Source: Octopus sinensis (Eukaryota). Taken from it: a DNA stretch of 64,000 bases. The stretch lies in contig NC_043007.1 in the NCBI RefSeq assembly GCF_006345805.1, positions 49,228,001-49,292,000 of the forward strand, in the 5' to 3' direction. Of the stretch, positions 52,710-64,000 are shown one piece after another. Both the position numbers and the translations under genes were made by a program. Positions within the stretch are counted from its first letter, which is position 1. Each line of letters begins with the position of its first letter. The notes beneath the pieces are model-generated. The model ran no database searches. It was not told the origin of the DNA and worked only from the letters and a program-made list of their open reading frames with translations.

Positions 52710-52712
<3 letters not shown>
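50260..52712 (+). mobile_element. R4/Dong-like fragments: REL end (50260..50585) then an internally deleted copy ending in (AAT)n
   Basis: EKLSKYKD..LRKTLSIQ*; then N-region RYKKRQRFFEQN joined directly to QFGLDKCSK, so the RT core is absent; 3' UTR matches 60507..60700. Confidence 0.8.
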
Positions 52713-52796
<84 letters not shown>

Positions 52797-52798
<2 letters not shown>

Positions 52799-55706
52799 GA
52801 GAAGACACCGGGGAAGTTTAACACAGAAGACACCGGGGACATTTAACATGTGAGAGCGATAAAACAGTGCTCCGAAATCTATCCACTAATATCGGAAATA
52901 AAGACATCGCATGGAGCCAAAACATAGCTGACAAAGGATTGGACTATATCCGAGTAAGTAATACTCATTGAAATTTATTACTATTTTCCAAATGAAATTA
53001 TGTATTTTAACTGGATATCATCTCCACCTCCCGTACAGCATATGTAAACATGCTTGATACATTACGATCCATCAACACCAGACCATCTCCGGCCCCAAAC
53101 ACCATGTACAAAAAAATTACAAATAAATTAAGTAATACCAGTATTATTCAACCTAAGAATAACAATCGGGAAGTGCGTACTTTAAACTTGTTACACAAAA
53201 AGTACGAAAAACTACACATGCAAAACAATGTGACAACAGAAATGAAAGGACCGGTCCCCTACGAAAATGATGACCGTCAAAATAAAGGGCCGGACGTTGT
53301 TCCTCATGTCCCGCAAATAAAACCAAAAAGGCATAAATGGACACGTGAGGAATATATTTCCATCCTACACGCTTACTTTACAGCAGTGCTCTACCCAAAG
53401 AACGAAAACACAACAACATATACGTATAAAATATGGAAGAAAAATAACCTAAATAAAGACTCGGATACAGCAATGAACCCTAATAAACTAGCTAACATAA
53501 GAAGATATATTTTCAACGCAAAAAAAAAAATATCAGAAATAGAAATATAATATTTAAAAGAAAAAAATACATCAGGAAAATGGAGATAGAAGCCACACAA
53601 TAATACCAAATAATATAAACACTGAGATAGTAAAACACGAATACAAACGTAACATTTCCAACAAAAACGAAGTAAACAAAAAACAACTAACCCAGACCGT
53701 AGGGATGCATAATAATGCACAAAACACCACAGACAAACATATGAATGAGAAAGAAGACGAAACACATCTAAAACATGGAAACAACGAAGGGGAACCTAAT
53801 GATTATGATGCTATAAAAACTAGAATAATCAAAGAGCTGAAAACCACAGATCTCAGAATGGACCACTGACCATACCTCCCCAAAATCAAATTAGACAACA
53901 AAACAACATCAATAATAAACAGCATAAATCTGGCCGTCACGGAACTAATAGCCACTGAAACAAATAGCAATATCACTGAGCTAAATGACATAATATATGC
54001 AGCAGCCACTGCCACCACAAAGAAGCTGGATACTCCCTCAAACCCATCCAAACAGGAGTACCACCATCCAAACAAACCCTGTGGATAAATAACTTAAAAT
54101 ACAAAAAATGAGAAAAGATCTGTCGATTCTTAACGAAATTAGCAGACAATCAACGTTACTAAGCAACAAGAAGAAAACAAAAATACTGTGCAAATACATC
54201 ACAGAAAAAGATTTACCTGAGATAAAAGAAAAGCTAAAGCAAGATATCCTTGCCAAATCACACAGGATCCGCTGGTATGAGAAACGCCAACGTTTCTTTG
54301 AACAAAACAAGCAGTTCAACTCCAACCCCAAAAAGTTCTACCAAGAACTTCGCAAAAATAAAATAGACATCACTGCAGCACCAACGGCAGAAGAAGTGGA
54401 AGAATTTTAGAAAGAAATATGGTCGCCGAATGAACAACCACAGAAAAGGACTATTAAAACAACAAACTTAGCTCCTGAGCAACTCTGGACTCCCATAACA
54501 ACTGAATAGGTCACCTAGGCACTGCAAAGACCAAGCAACTGGAAGGCACCTGAGCACGACAAGATTCCCAACTTCTGGTTGAAATATCAGACAGGAATGC
54601 ACAAAAAGCTGACTGAAAACTTTAACGACATACTAGCAGAGCCAGAGACAATGCCTGACTGGCTTACGAAAGGGAAAACCATCCTAATTCCCAAATCCAA
54701 TGAAACGTCAAAACCACAAAAATTCAGACCTATAACCTGTCTCCCTACAATGTACAAAGCCTTTTCTGCAGTAATATCGCAAAGATTGAGCAAGCATCTG
54801 GACGAAAACAACCTGTTTCCAGAAGAGCAGAAAGGATGCTGTAAGGGCTCATATGGCTGTAAAGATCAACTAATGATCAATAAAGCCACAACTGAAGACA
54901 GCCACAGAAAGAAGAAAGACCTCAGTATGGCCTGGATCGACTACCGAAAGGCGTTTGACAGCACTCCACAAACGTGGATCCTCGAAACACTAGCCATTAA
55001 CAAGGTAGCACCAACAATTATAAAATACATAAGACACTCTATGAATAAATGGCAGACAGTACTACAGCTCCAAAAAAAGAGGTACTCGTGAAAAAAAAGC
55101 CACCCCCATTAGAAGAGGAATATTCCAGGGAGACACGCTCTCTCCACTCCTTTTCTGCTTAGCACTGACGCCTCTATCTGATATGCTAAATAGAACTGGA
55201 TGCGGATACAAATGTTGTGGCAAAACGATCAGTCACCTTTTATATATGAATGACCTAAAACTATACGCTACAAATGACAAACAGCTGGAAACACTACTAC
55301 AGACAGTTCATGGATTTACCAAAGAAATAGATATGAAATTTGGATTAGAAAAATGCGCCAAAGTAACCATGAAAAGAGGAAAACTAGTTAAGAGTAGCAA
55401 CATCACACTAGATAAAGCCAATGAAATAAGAGAATTAGACCAAAGCCAAACTTACAAATACTTTGGAATCCATGAGCTAAATATGATACAACACGCACAA
55501 ATGAAAGTGAAAATAAAGAAAGAATACTATAGACGAGTTAGATCAATACTAAAAACAGGGCTCATTGCTAAAAACAAGATAATAGGTATTAACACTTTAG
55601 CCGTCCCAGTTATAAGTTACAGCTACAATATCCTTAACTGGACACTAAATGAACTAACCAAAATAGACAGGAAAACAAGAAAAATAATGACAGGATCTAG
55701 GATGCA
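52797..55706 (+). mobile_element. R4/Dong-like LINE family A, 5'-complete, 3'-truncated
   Basis: Starts after (AAT)n; RHKWTREE, FRPITCLPT, GCKDQLMINK, WIDYRKAFDS, IFQGDTLSPL, YMNDLKLY; stops at GSRM. Confidence 0.9.
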
Positions 55707-55718
55707 AGGCTATATATA

Positions 55719-55875
<157 letters not shown>

Positions 55876-56108
55876 CCTTCCTAATACAGTGTAGGTAAAA
55901 CTGCACCGAAGTCTTTAGTCATCTGTCTTAGTTATAACAAAGACCCCAGACAGATAATACTTTCCTTAGGGTGTGCGCTGTACCCAACGAGGCTGATTTT
56001 TGCAAGACATCAATCTTGCATGGGATTTCCAGTTGTTTTAAGAAGACTTGAAGTATCACTTTTACATTACCTCTCGCATTCCATACAGTCTTGCCATTTC
56101 CACTTTCA
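55876..56108 (-). mobile_element. R4-like 3' terminal fragment (family E)
   Basis: KIDVLQKSASLGTAHTLRKVLS; inverted match to 58750..58956. Confidence 0.8.
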
Positions 56109-56169
56109 TGTTTTGTCATGGTATGCGAGGTGGGCTACAAAAAATAGTTTACTCAGTACCATAGATTGC

Positions 56170-56709
56170 ATGCCCTGATGCAATACCAGGCACTGACTCT
56201 CATGGCTTTTCATCTTAACTGAATGGAAGTGTTATTATGTACATGTTTTCTCTCAGTATAAATGATGGGCTACAGCAAATATTCATCTCAATGTCACACA
56301 TTTGCTTGTCAGTAGTTTGACCTTAATCAGTTGAGAGTGTTCCTGAGTGGTTGACGATATATGCATCTCTGATCACGAACTGAAGTAGTAGGGGGGTATC
56401 ATAGCCATGTGCTGAAAGGAATTCTTTTGGGGTTTGAATAATTCACCTCTGGAAACATGGATGCTTCGTTCATCATCCTTAAACAAATCTTATTCAGGGA
56501 CCTTTTGAGCGGGATGGGCTACTCGACTGGACCTCACCTGCAAGGTCATGCGTTGTTTACCTTGACAAGAGATCGCTATGTCACGCACATATGGTTGTGA
56601 TGTATGTGCCTGGTGCATCCTTATCAGATGGGTAGTCACGATGGCTATTCTGCGTTTCGTATACTTTACCCTAGTGTCACTTTGATAGCATGCACTGCTC
56701 TTTCACTCA
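56170..56709 (+). mobile_element. Non-coding (AAT)n-tailed retro-repeat; further copies at 58400..58660 and 59020..59518
   Basis: Three colinear copies; two end ..CACTGCTCT.TCACTC(AAT)n; no ORF recognised. Confidence 0.75.
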
Positions 56710-56742
56710 ATAATAATAACAATAATAATAATAACAACAATG

Positions 56743-56822
<80 letters not shown>

Positions 56823-56828
<6 letters not shown>

Positions 56829-57659
56829 GGACTAAACTAAACGCAAAAGAAATAGACAAAGAAAAATCCCAGCAATGGTTGAGAAGTTCAGGACTCAAAG
56901 CAGAGACAGAGGGATTTTTAATCGCAGCACAAGACCAAAGCCTCCCCACCAGAAATTACCAAAAACATGTAATGAAAAGAAATATAACAAGTAACTGCAG
57001 AATATGTGGAGATGGACAAGAAACAATAAATCATATTATCTCTAGCTGCCCAGTCCTGGCTAAGAAGGAATATATTCACAGACATGGCAGAGTTGGAACC
57101 TACATACATTGGAAGCTATGCCAACATTATGGAATAACAACAGAAAAAAGATGGTATAGGCACACACCAGAAAAGGTCACAGAAAACGAGAAAGCAACCA
57201 TACTCTGGGATATGCCGATACACACAGATAGAGAAATTAAGGCCAACAGACCAGATATAGTTGTCAGAGACCATGAAGAAAAAAAATGCTTTCTAATTGA
57301 TGTATCAATACCGGCTGATGACAACGTGTCTCTAAAAGAAATGTAGAAACTCTCAAAATACAAAGACCTGGAAATAGAGGTAACTAGAATGTGGAATCTG
57401 AAAACAGAAACAATTCCTATCATAGTAGGTGCTTCAGGCATGATAAAAAAATATTCAGACAAATACATAACAAAAACACCAGGACTTACAAACACATATA
57501 ACATACAGAAAATTGCACTACTAGGCACTGCACACATCCTACGCAGAACACTTTCCATACAATAACCATCAAAGCATCACAACAAATCACAGCACATACC
57601 CAAGGCACACAGAGCTGCGCTCGGTAGTGAAGTGAAAGCACGCTATAAAAATAAAACTA

Positions 57660-57662
<3 letters not shown>
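56823..57662 (+). mobile_element. R4/Dong-like family A 3' fragment between (AAT)n tracts
   Basis: ORF 56879..57346 with CCHC and RPDIVV, premature TAG at 57344. Confidence 0.92.
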
Positions 57663-57695
<33 letters not shown>

Positions 57696-57697
<2 letters not shown>

Positions 57698-58400
57698 TCC
57701 TTTCTACTATATGCACAAGGCCTATAATTTGGTGGGAGGGGACTAGTCGATTACATCGACACCCAGTGTTTTACTGGTATTTAATTTGTCGACCCGGAAA
57801 GGATGTAGGGCAAGGTTGATCGTGACGGAATTTGTACTCAGAACGTAACGGCAGACGAAATACCTATTTCTTTACTACCCACAAGGGTCTAAATACAGAG
57901 GGGACAAACAAGGACAGATACACGGATTAAGTCGATTACATCGACACCAGTGCATAACTAGTACTTATTTAATCGACCCCGAAAGGATGAACGGCAAAGT
58001 CGACCTCGGCGGAATTTGAACTCAGAACGTAACGGCAGACGAAATACGGCTACGCATTTCGCCCGGCGTGCTAACGATTCTGCCAGTATAAAAATATTAA
58101 TCCTTTCGACAATAGGCACAATACGTGAAATTTTGAGGGAGGGCGTAGTCGATTACATCGACACCCAGTGTTTCACTGGTACTCAGTTTGTCGACACCGA
58201 AAAGATAAAAAGCAAAGTCGACCTCGGCGGAATATAAAACTCAGTACGTAGCAACGGGTGAAATACCGCTAAGCATTTCCTCCGACGCGCTAAAGATTCT
58301 GCCAGAATGATACAAATTTTTGTCACAATGGCAGGTTGAGAAAGGTGTGGATGAGTTGATTACATCGAACCCAGTGTTCAACTGATACTTCTTTTATCGA
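57696..58400 (-). mobile_element. Family-1 SINE dimer plus two further copies
   Basis: Complete head CTGGCAGAATCGTTAGCACGCCGGGCGAAATG at about 58087; further heads near 58305. Confidence 0.85.
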
Positions 58401-58689
58401 TAAGCAGTGGCTTTTATGGCTTCTCATCTTAACTGATTGGAAGTGTTATCATGTACATTGTTTTGTCTTGGTATAAAATATGGGCTACAACAAATATTCT
58501 GCTCAATGCCACAGATTTGCTTGTCAGTTGTTTGACCTTAACAATTTGTGTATGTCACCTCAGTGGCTGACGAGATGTGCATCTCTGATCACGAGCAGAA
58601 GTAGTGGGGGAGCATCATAGCCATGTGTTAAGAGTAATTCTTTGGGGTTTGGGTAATTCACATACTATCAGATCATTAATTTAGCCATA

Positions 58690-58955
58690 CCAAATGACAT
58701 GATTATTGTGAGTAAAGAGGTTGAAAAAATCACCAAGTATTCCGAATTGAAAGTGGAAATGGCAAGACTGTATGGATTGCGAGAGGTAATGTAAAAGTGA
58801 TACTTCAAGTCTTCTTAAAACAACTGGAAATCCCATGCAAGATTGATGTCTTGCAAAAATCAGCCTTGTTGGGTACAGCGCACGCCTTAAGGAAAGTATT
58901 ATCTGTCTGATGACTAAAGACTCCGGTGCATTTTTACCTACACTGTATTAGGAAG

Positions 58956-58956
<1 letters not shown>
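58690..58956 (+). mobile_element. R4-like 3' terminal fragment (family E), (AAT)n tail
   Basis: KEVEKITKYSELKVEMARLY..LQKSALLGTAHALRKVLS*. Confidence 0.82.
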
Positions 58957-59026
<70 letters not shown>

Positions 59027-60432
59027 GTGCATCTCTGATCACGAGCAGAAGTAGTGGGGGAGCAATGCCCTGATGCAGTACCAGGCAGTGGCTCTCATGG
59101 CTTCTGATCTTAACTGATTGGAAGTGTCATGATGTACATTGTTTTGTCTTGGTATAAAAGATGGGCTACAGCAAATATTCTGCTCAATACCACAGATTTG
59201 CTTGTCAGTTGTTTGACCTTAACCAGTTGACCATGTCCCTTAATGGCTGACGATATGTGCATCTCTGATCACGAGCAGAAGTAGTGGGGGAGCATCATAG
59301 CGGGATGGGCTACTCAACCTGAAGAAAATTCTAACTAGGCTCCATCTGCAAGTTCATGCGTTGTTTACCTTGATATGAGATCACCATGTCGCGCACATAT
59401 GGTTGTGATGCATGTTCCTGGTGTACCCTTATCAGACGGGTAGTCATGATGGGTATATTGGGCTTCGTATATTTTACCCCAGTGTCACTTTGATGGCATG
59501 AACTGCTCTCTCACTCAATAATAATAATAATAATAATAATAATAGTAATTTTGTCACGGGGCGAGCAGTTTTTTTGAGGAAGTCGATGTAATTGACTCAC
59601 TACTCCCTTTAAAATGTCAGGCCTTGTGCCTATAGTAGAAAAAGTTATTATTATTTGGCATTTGATAGTTTCAGGCAAATTTCAACAGCACACCTGCTAC
59701 ATTCTTTGAAATGTGTGCAGTATTGTGTTGTTGTTGTTGTTATTCATGTCGTTTTTGTTGTTGCTGCTGGTGTTGCTGATGTTGTTGTTGTTGGGGAGTA
59801 CAGACTCTTTCTGTAATTCTTTCACTCATGTTTTAATTCTTTCATTCATTCAAATATCTATTTTCATTCATTTATTCATTTTGTCGTTCTACCATTTATA
59901 TTGACTTATAATTCTTCCTTAAAATCTATGTCTTTGTGTCCCTTTTTTCGATTTCTGTTTTCGTTTCTTGTTTCCTGATACTTTGGGGTTTTCTTTTTAT
60001 TTATGAAAACCATTTTGGCATTTTTCGCTGAGAATTCCTTGCTGCCAACCAAATCGCAAGTCTTCACATCTTCCTACCCCCACTCCTCTTCCATTATCCA
60101 TACACTCTCTCTATTTCTCTCTCTCTCTCTCCTTCGCACACGCACACGAGCATTCACATTCACACACACGCACACGTGCACACACTCATAAACGCACGCG
60201 CGCACACACGTTCACACACACACACACATATACACACACACGCACGCACGCACTAAACACCTCCACATCACAACTTGGTGGTGAAAAGCCAGAAGTAAGT
60301 TTTAACATCGAAGTCAAAAGAAAAACAAATATTTTCAGATCAGACCTAGTCACACTGGCGCCCTCTGAATCAACAACAAAATAAACTATTACAATTTTAT
60401 TATTATTATCATTAATATCATTATTATTATTA

Positions 60433-60506
<74 letters not shown>

Positions 60507-60507
<1 letters not shown>

Positions 60508-60645
60508 CATGTTTGACTTTTGCTTTATGTCTGTACAAGTTGGCTCCAAGTCTCACCCAGAGACCTCAAGAGACAACAGGTTGGAAGTTCTGTGCCATAT
60601 ATTTGGGGTTTTTTTTTGGTGTTGTACTAGTGAATGTCTAATACA

Positions 60646-60686
<41 letters not shown>

Positions 60687-62163
60687 AAAAAGTTTGTTTT
60701 AAACCTTGGGATTACATAGAGAGTATTTTGCGTAGGATATGAGCAGTTCCCATGAGCACTATTTTTTGAATTTCTGCCATTTTGGGGTTTCCTGGTATCT
60801 GAGTTAGGTAGCAATCAGTCCCTTTCGCTATCATTCCCAGGGCACCTATGACAACAGGTATTGTTTTAGTCTTCAGCTTCCACATTTTGCTGATTTCTAT
60901 TTCAAGATCTTTATATTTGCTCAGTTTTTGGTAGGTCTTGACAGATACGTTTATATCGATTGGGACAGTCATATCAATGAGGAGGCATGTTCTTTGTCTG
61001 AAGTCTTTCAATATAATGTCTGGCCTATTTGCATCTATCTTCCTGTCAGTTTGAATGGTGAAGTTCCAGAGGAGTGAGATGTGGTCATTTTCATGCACAG
61101 GAGGTGGATTGTGTTCCCACCAGTTTTTTTCATGGGGCAAATCCAGGTTTTTGCAAATTACCCAGTGAATATATTGTGCAGCTCTATCATGCCTACTGAG
61201 GTACTCTGTAGGCGATAGAAGACTGCATTTGGAGACAACATGGTCAATGGTTTCATTTTGTTGTCGGCATACACGACATGTTGGGCTACTGCCGTTCTTT
61301 AATATGTTGGCCTGGTAGTTTCTTGTTGGTAGGCATTGATCTTGAGCTGCTATGATAAACCCCTCTGTTTCAGATTTTAAGCCAGAGGCCATTAGCCATT
61401 GATGGGTCAGGGCTTTGTCGATATCTGCATTATTCGCTCTCTTTGGGTATTTGCCATAGCGAGGTTTCTCTTGCCATTTATTATTCAGAATATCTAAGGC
61501 CGCAGTTTTGGCACGGGTTTTCATGCGCCTAGCTTTTTCTGTGCTTGTTTCTTGTATATCTATCTCTAATTCCGAAATTGGTTGTATTCGGAATTCACTT
61601 AGATATTCCTTTGCCTGTTTTGTGACTGAGTATGATGCTTTCTTGTTTTCATGTTTTGAGACAAGTTTTAACATCCAGTCCTCAGAGTTTTTCAGGTAGG
61701 TGTCTAGGCCAATTGTAGCAATCTTCATTGTTATTGCCAGTTGCAAAAGACCACGGCCTCCCTCTTTTCTTGGCACATAGAGTCGTTCTGTATCTGCCTT
61801 AGGGTGGTGCATTCTATGCATTGTCAACAGTTTCCTTATTTTTCTGTCGAGCTGACATATTTCAGTAATTGACCAGTTAACAATATTGAAACTGTAAGTC
61901 ACGACTGGTATAGCTAATGCATTGATCGCTTTGATCCTGTTTCTTGCATTCAGCTCTGTCTTGAGTATTGCTCTCACTCTTCGATAGCATTCTCTCCTGA
62001 TCCTTTCCTTCATCTCTGAATGCCTTATTCCGTTCCCTTCAATTACCCCTAGGTACTTGTAGCTCTCCGCTGGGTCTAGTTCTTTTATGACATTCTGCTG
62101 GTCAAGGTTAACGTTAGATGTTTCTGTCATTTTTCCTTTGATAAAGGTAGCCTTTGCACATTT
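60507..62163 (-). mobile_element. R4/Dong-like LINE family B, young 5'-truncated copy, (AAT)n on both sides
   Basis: Uninterrupted ORF plus 3' UTR ending AAGCAAAAGTCAAACATGG(AAT)n. Confidence 0.93.
60712..62130 (-). CDS. R4/Dong ORF C-terminal 472 aa (RT thumb, CCHC, REL endonuclease)
   Basis: YKYLG, HHPKAD..GGRGL, CRVC..ETIDHVVSKC, RHD, RPDIILKD..LIDMTVP..KYKDL. Confidence 0.9.
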   Translation of the reverse strand: MTETSNVNLDQQNVIKELDPAESYKYLGVIEGNGIRHSEMKERIRRECYRRVRAILKTELNARNRIKAINALAIPVVTYSFNIVNWSITEICQLDRKIRKLLTMHRMHHPKADTERLYVPRKEGGRGLLQLAITMKIATIGLDTYLKNSEDWMLKLVSKHENKKASYSVTKQAKEYLSEFRIQPISELEIDIQETSTEKARRMKTRAKTAALDILNNKWQEKPRYGKYPKRANNADIDKALTHQWLMASGLKSETEGFIIAAQDQCLPTRNYQANILKNGSSPTCRVCRQQNETIDHVVSKCSLLSPTEYLSRHDRAAQYIHWVICKNLDLPHEKNWWEHNPPPVHENDHISLLWNFTIQTDRKIDANRPDIILKDFRQRTCLLIDMTVPIDINVSVKTYQKLSKYKDLEIEISKMWKLKTKTIPVVIGALGMIAKGTDCYLTQIPGNPKMAEIQKIVLMGTAHILRKILSM

Positions 62164-62173
62164 ATGATTTGCA

Positions 62174-62272
<99 letters not shown>

Positions 62273-62711
62273 GTGGTAGTAGTAGTAGTAGTAGTAGTAG
62301 TAGTAATTTATTCTATTTTATTTTTCAAAAATTGGGACAGAAACGAAACAAATAAACACGGACAGGACAGGCGGCGGTTGGGATAAAACAACGAGTGAAA
62401 GATTACGAGACGAAAGTGAAGAAAGTCGGAGTAAATCAGAGAGGAATAGGTGAGAAAAAAAGACTGGAAGATGGGAAATGTGAGCGAATGAGATTGAGGG
62501 TAAGAGGAATAGGGAAGATAATGGTTTCTAATTTAGATACAAGACCAGCAATTTTGTGTGGAGAGAGCAGTCGATATCACAGCTACTAGTACTTGACTAG
62601 TACATTGTTTTAGCCTACACGAAATGAAAGAGAAAGTTGACCTTAGCAGTATTTGAACTCAAATACAAACAACCGGAACGGATAGTGTGTTTTGTGTGTG
62701 TGTGTATGTGT

Positions 62712-62743
<32 letters not shown>

Positions 62744-63008
62744 ATACATGTGCGCGCGCGTTTGTGCATGTGTCTGTGCGAGCGCTTAAGTATATGTATA
62801 CTTTTATTCTTTTATATGTTTTAGTCATTTGACTGCGGCCATGGGAGACTATTTATCGAAAATATCCTGAATACTATCTCCAACATTAGCGCCACAAATA
62901 TGAGCCTTGTTAAATAACTGGTTAATCTTCAGATGAATTAACTGAGGGAGCCTTTTATTCACAATCGTAGTGATTTTCGACTGAAACTGGAATTTAGCAT
63001 GCAGAGGG

Positions 63009-63048
<40 letters not shown>

Positions 63049-63092
63049 CAATAAATGGTGGGGTTGTGTTGACCGCACGTGGAGAAATGATA

Positions 63093-63475
63093 AGTAAGGA
63101 AAAATTTTTTTTTAAATGCAGAATGCTCAAATGAAAGAAAATTTTTATAAAATGAGAAATTGATAAAATATATAAATATATATTTATTCAACCGGTTTTC
63201 GTCATTGTATGACTTGTCAAGAATATTTATGTTTTAAAAAGTTTTTTTAAAAATTAGAAAGGGGAAAAAATGAAAAAAAGAAAATTGCATTGTTTTTTGT
63301 AAAAGAATAATGATAAAATTCAAAAAAACTTTTTAAAACATAAATATTCTTGACAAGTCATACAATGACGAAAACCGGTTGAATAAATATATATTTATAT
63401 ATTTTATCAATTTCTCATTTTATTAAAATTTTCTTTCATTTGAGCATTCTGCATTTAAAAAAAAATTTTTCCTTA

Positions 63476-63477
<2 letters not shown>
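63093..63477. mobile_element. Young MITE, about 156-bp near-perfect TIRs, TA target duplication
   Basis: 63093..63248 mirrors 63322..63477; TA on both sides. Confidence 0.9.
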
Positions 63478-63537
<60 letters not shown>

Positions 63538-63538
<1 letters not shown>

Positions 63539-64000
63539 GAGGGGAAGTCAAATATTATCCGCACTTTTGCCATAACATATTTTTATTATTGTCACACTGC
63601 CTTCTGCGCATGCGTGCTTATAGTTAGATTTATTCCTGCCACGTGATCGAAGTTTGAATCTGATTGCTCCATTCTTCTTTCTGGCTTTACAGTGTAAGTA
63701 TGGTCGCCCCACTAGCAATGTGCGCCGAAGAAGAACAAAGAGCAGTGATCCGATTTCTCTGGTCGGAAGGTGTGTCAGTTGCAGAAATTCATCGGAACCT
63801 GCCATCCTCCACCACTGACGAGAAGATTCAGCAAGCTCGAGAGATAGTAATGGTGAACCGGCGATTTATCATCGCTGAGGTAGCTCGTTCTCTGCAGATT
63901 AGTCATAGTTCTGCCTATCAAATCATCCACGATGAGCTCGGCTTCCATAAAGTCTGTGCAAGTGGGTGCCAAGAGAGCTTACTGCAGAGCTAAAGCGCAA
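63538..64000 (+). mobile_element. mariner 5' end in (TA)n, internally deleted transposase, runs off the window
   Basis: TACGAGGGG TIR start; EEEQRAVIRFLWSEG..HDELGFHKVCA then WVPREL after a frameshift. Confidence 0.88.

Noticed and set aside
60356-60363. TGGCGCCC as an LTR primer-binding site
   Set aside because: No LTR pair or gag/pol nearby; an 8-mer can occur by chance.

Overview
AT-rich, microsatellite-dense eukaryotic DNA. The SINE families and (TA)n/(CA)n/(AAT)n density look like an octopus genome (inference from pattern recognition, not a search). The only host gene I can support is a + strand SLC22/Orct-type organic cation transporter. Nine coding exons run from 3508 to 46589 with compatible splice phases; the first (TM1) exon lies upstream of the window. 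As written, one exon carries about five single-base frameshifts and another carries one, mostly in homopolymers, so this is either a local consensus error or a young pseudogene. The rest is mobile DNA: many R4/Dong-clade (REL endonuclease) LINEs, three Tx1-like LINEs, CR1 and Penelope-like remnants, Tc1/mariner, Helitron, MITE/foldback elements and two tRNA-derived SINE families. The main unexplained structure is a strand-polarised retroelement chain built on (AAT)n/(ATT)n tracts. R4-like elements stack head-to-tail with (AAT)n on their sense strand, while Tx1-like elements and family-1 SINEs use the same tracts in the opposite (ATT)n polarity. Two near-identical inverted copies 35 kb apart (LINE 3' end with a shared nonsense codon plus SINE flank) suggest 3' transduction with a template jump. 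Repeat boundaries are by-eye and approximate; exon boundaries were read base by base. No CRISPR array, rRNA or true tRNA gene is supported.
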